Assembly: GCA_963722385.1 (NCBI GenBank)
Contig: CAVRKK010000002.1
Location: 896,001-960,000 of the forward strand
From: an uncultured bacterium
Lineage (GTDB): Bacteria; Babelota; Babeliae; Babelales; Babelaceae
Direction: 5' to 3'
Length of the DNA stretch: 64,000 bases
Notes under the pieces: model-generated
Databases searched by the model: none
Told to the model about the DNA's origin: nothing
Seen by the model: only the letters and a program-made list of their open reading frames with translations
Shown here: one piece after another, positions 62,641 through 64,000 of the stretch
How positions within the stretch are numbered: position 1 is the first letter of the stretch
How the letters are laid out: every line of letters begins with the position of its first letter
Position numbers and translations under genes: made by a program

Positions 62641-62895
62641 ACTACTTGGCAATACGCTCTCCTTTATGCCGTAGAAGCAAATCATGAAAAAACCGTTAAG
62701 GCTCTTTTAGAGCACCCACAAATTAACGTCAATAGAGAGAATAATTTTGGGCGAACGTCTTTGATGATTGCAATACAACTGCATCATGACGCTATAATTC
62801 TAACGCTCATGCAGCATGGCGCTCAAGTGGATCAGCGAGTTATTAACATCATGCGACATTATGGTATTGCGCCTCAGTTAAAACTTTTTTCGTAA
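62641..62895 (+). pseudogene. Startless ankyrin-repeat fragment
   Basis: ALLYAVEANHEKTVKALLEHPQINVNRENNFGRTSLMIA..HDAIILTLMQHGA; no RBS or start codon. Confidence 0.7.
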
Positions 62896-62897
62896 GC

Positions 62898-64000
62898 TTA
62901 TTTTGAATAACGAATGTCGATGCTGCTTGCCATATCACCATAGAGTCTTGCCAGCAATACTGCATACGGCGATTGAGTAATATGCGTACTGTTTTCTCGC
63001 GAGCTACATGGCAAGGGATCTTTTTTGTCTCGTAACGTGCTTTGAATTGTTTGGTAGGCCGCTCTTTCTTCCAGGGTCTCGTTATGGTCATGAGCGAGGG
63101 CGGTGGCTCTTTTATAAGCTGCTTCTCTATCAAGGGTAAGCCCGTAGGTTGAGGCGATTTCTAAAATGAGTTTTATGATTGATAGGTGGCCTTTAACGGT
63201 TGCTAGTAATAATGCCTTGTTTAAAAGAGCGACCCATGTATCTTTTTGAATTAGGGTGGGCAAAAAATGTTCTGAGATGGTCTTAATAACGTCTACTTGA
63301 TTATTTAAAGCCGCTCTAATAAAGCCTTTCATGAAAATTTCGCCAGTTAAGTTGATGCTTATGCTTTTTTGTAAAGCATGATTGACAAAGTTAAGATTTC
63401 CTTGGGCGCAAGCGATCAAAATGAGCTCGCAAAGGTTGCCATGTGCTGAAATGACTTCTTTCCAGGAGTTTTCTACGTCTAGTCGGCGTAGACTTGTTCC
63501 TTCGAGGTCTTCGGGGAGGATTAACAAGGTAATTTTGCTTTTAAGATGATTGAGCATGCTATTAGGAAACTCAAGCGCATCATCATTTTTTAAAACGACC
63601 CAACTTATACTATCATCTTCAATTTTATTGCTTTCTTGATCTGATGGAGTACCATATTGTAAAAACAAGCGCAAGAGAGCTGGTTCCTGGTGATTTATAA
63701 TGCATCGAAAGATAGCGTTCGGTATGGTTGCCCCGTGCTCAAGAAGCAGTGTCATTACCTCATCAATAGTTGCGGCATTAGCGTATCGGTTTTGTTGCTC
63801 ACGTAAAGAAAATCTTGCATAAAGAACTTTAAGCAAGAGACTTTCACCTGCACGTTTTGTATTTGGGTTAGCGCCGTCGTTAAGAGCTTGGCGAACTTTA
63901 GTAAGAATAACCGACCAGGAAGGTTGGTTATCTAATGCACAACAAAGCATAATATTCGCAAGGTCAGCTTTTTTCCATAGCTCAAGAGCGTCTTTGTTAT
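62898..64000 (-). CDS. Ankyrin-repeat-like protein (5' end beyond window)
   Basis: ALNDGANPN, LLLEHGA, ALLLATVKGHLSII; frame open to the window edge; C-terminal part resembles the other Ank proteins here. Confidence 0.75.
   Translation of the reverse strand, partial: NKDALELWKKADLANIMLCCALDNQPSWSVILTKVRQALNDGANPNTKRAGESLLLKVLYARFSLREQQNRYANAATIDEVMTLLLEHGATIPNAIFRCIINHQEPALLRLFLQYGTPSDQESNKIEDDSISWVVLKNDDALEFPNSMLNHLKSKITLLILPEDLEGTSLRRLDVENSWKEVISAHGNLCELILIACAQGNLNFVNHALQKSISINLTGEIFMKGFIRAALNNQVDVIKTISEHFLPTLIQKDTWVALLNKALLLATVKGHLSIIKLILEIASTYGLTLDREAAYKRATALAHDHNETLEERAAYQTIQSTLRDKKDPLPCSSRENSTHITQSPYAVLLARLYGDMASSIDIRYSK

Overview
64 kb of chromosome from a host-associated diderm bacterium using genetic code 11. 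Three tandem NTT/TLC nucleotide transporters, several signal-peptide ankyrin proteins, BamA, PilC and scattered housekeeping genes point to Candidatus Dependentiae/Babelota (TM6); this taxon is inferred from gene content, not from a search. Core genes: lon, rpsB, dnaX, der, hpf, cca, pheS, dnaJ, bamA, cysS, trxA, pilC, HIT, seven tRNAs and the SRP RNA. Accessory content: HicAB, AbrB-Doc and mobile-mystery A/B modules, AAA_14/DUF4143 ATPases, and ISAs1, IS5, IS200 and TnpB remnants. Best leads: (i) an operon of three exported proteins, each built only of four tandem single-Cache sensor domains with no output domain; (ii) a ~5.9-kb decayed integrative element bounded by ~125-bp direct repeats that duplicate the DUF167 3' end and pilC start, carrying a large serine recombinase remnant; (iii) signal-peptide ankyrin proteins ending in F-box-like motifs; (iv) a DsbD homologue with both catalytic Cys replaced by Tyr; (v) a ~330-nt multi-hairpin non-coding element upstream of pheS; (vi) two Cys-rich small proteins missing from the ORF track. 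All family assignments come from motif recognition by eye; no searches were run.
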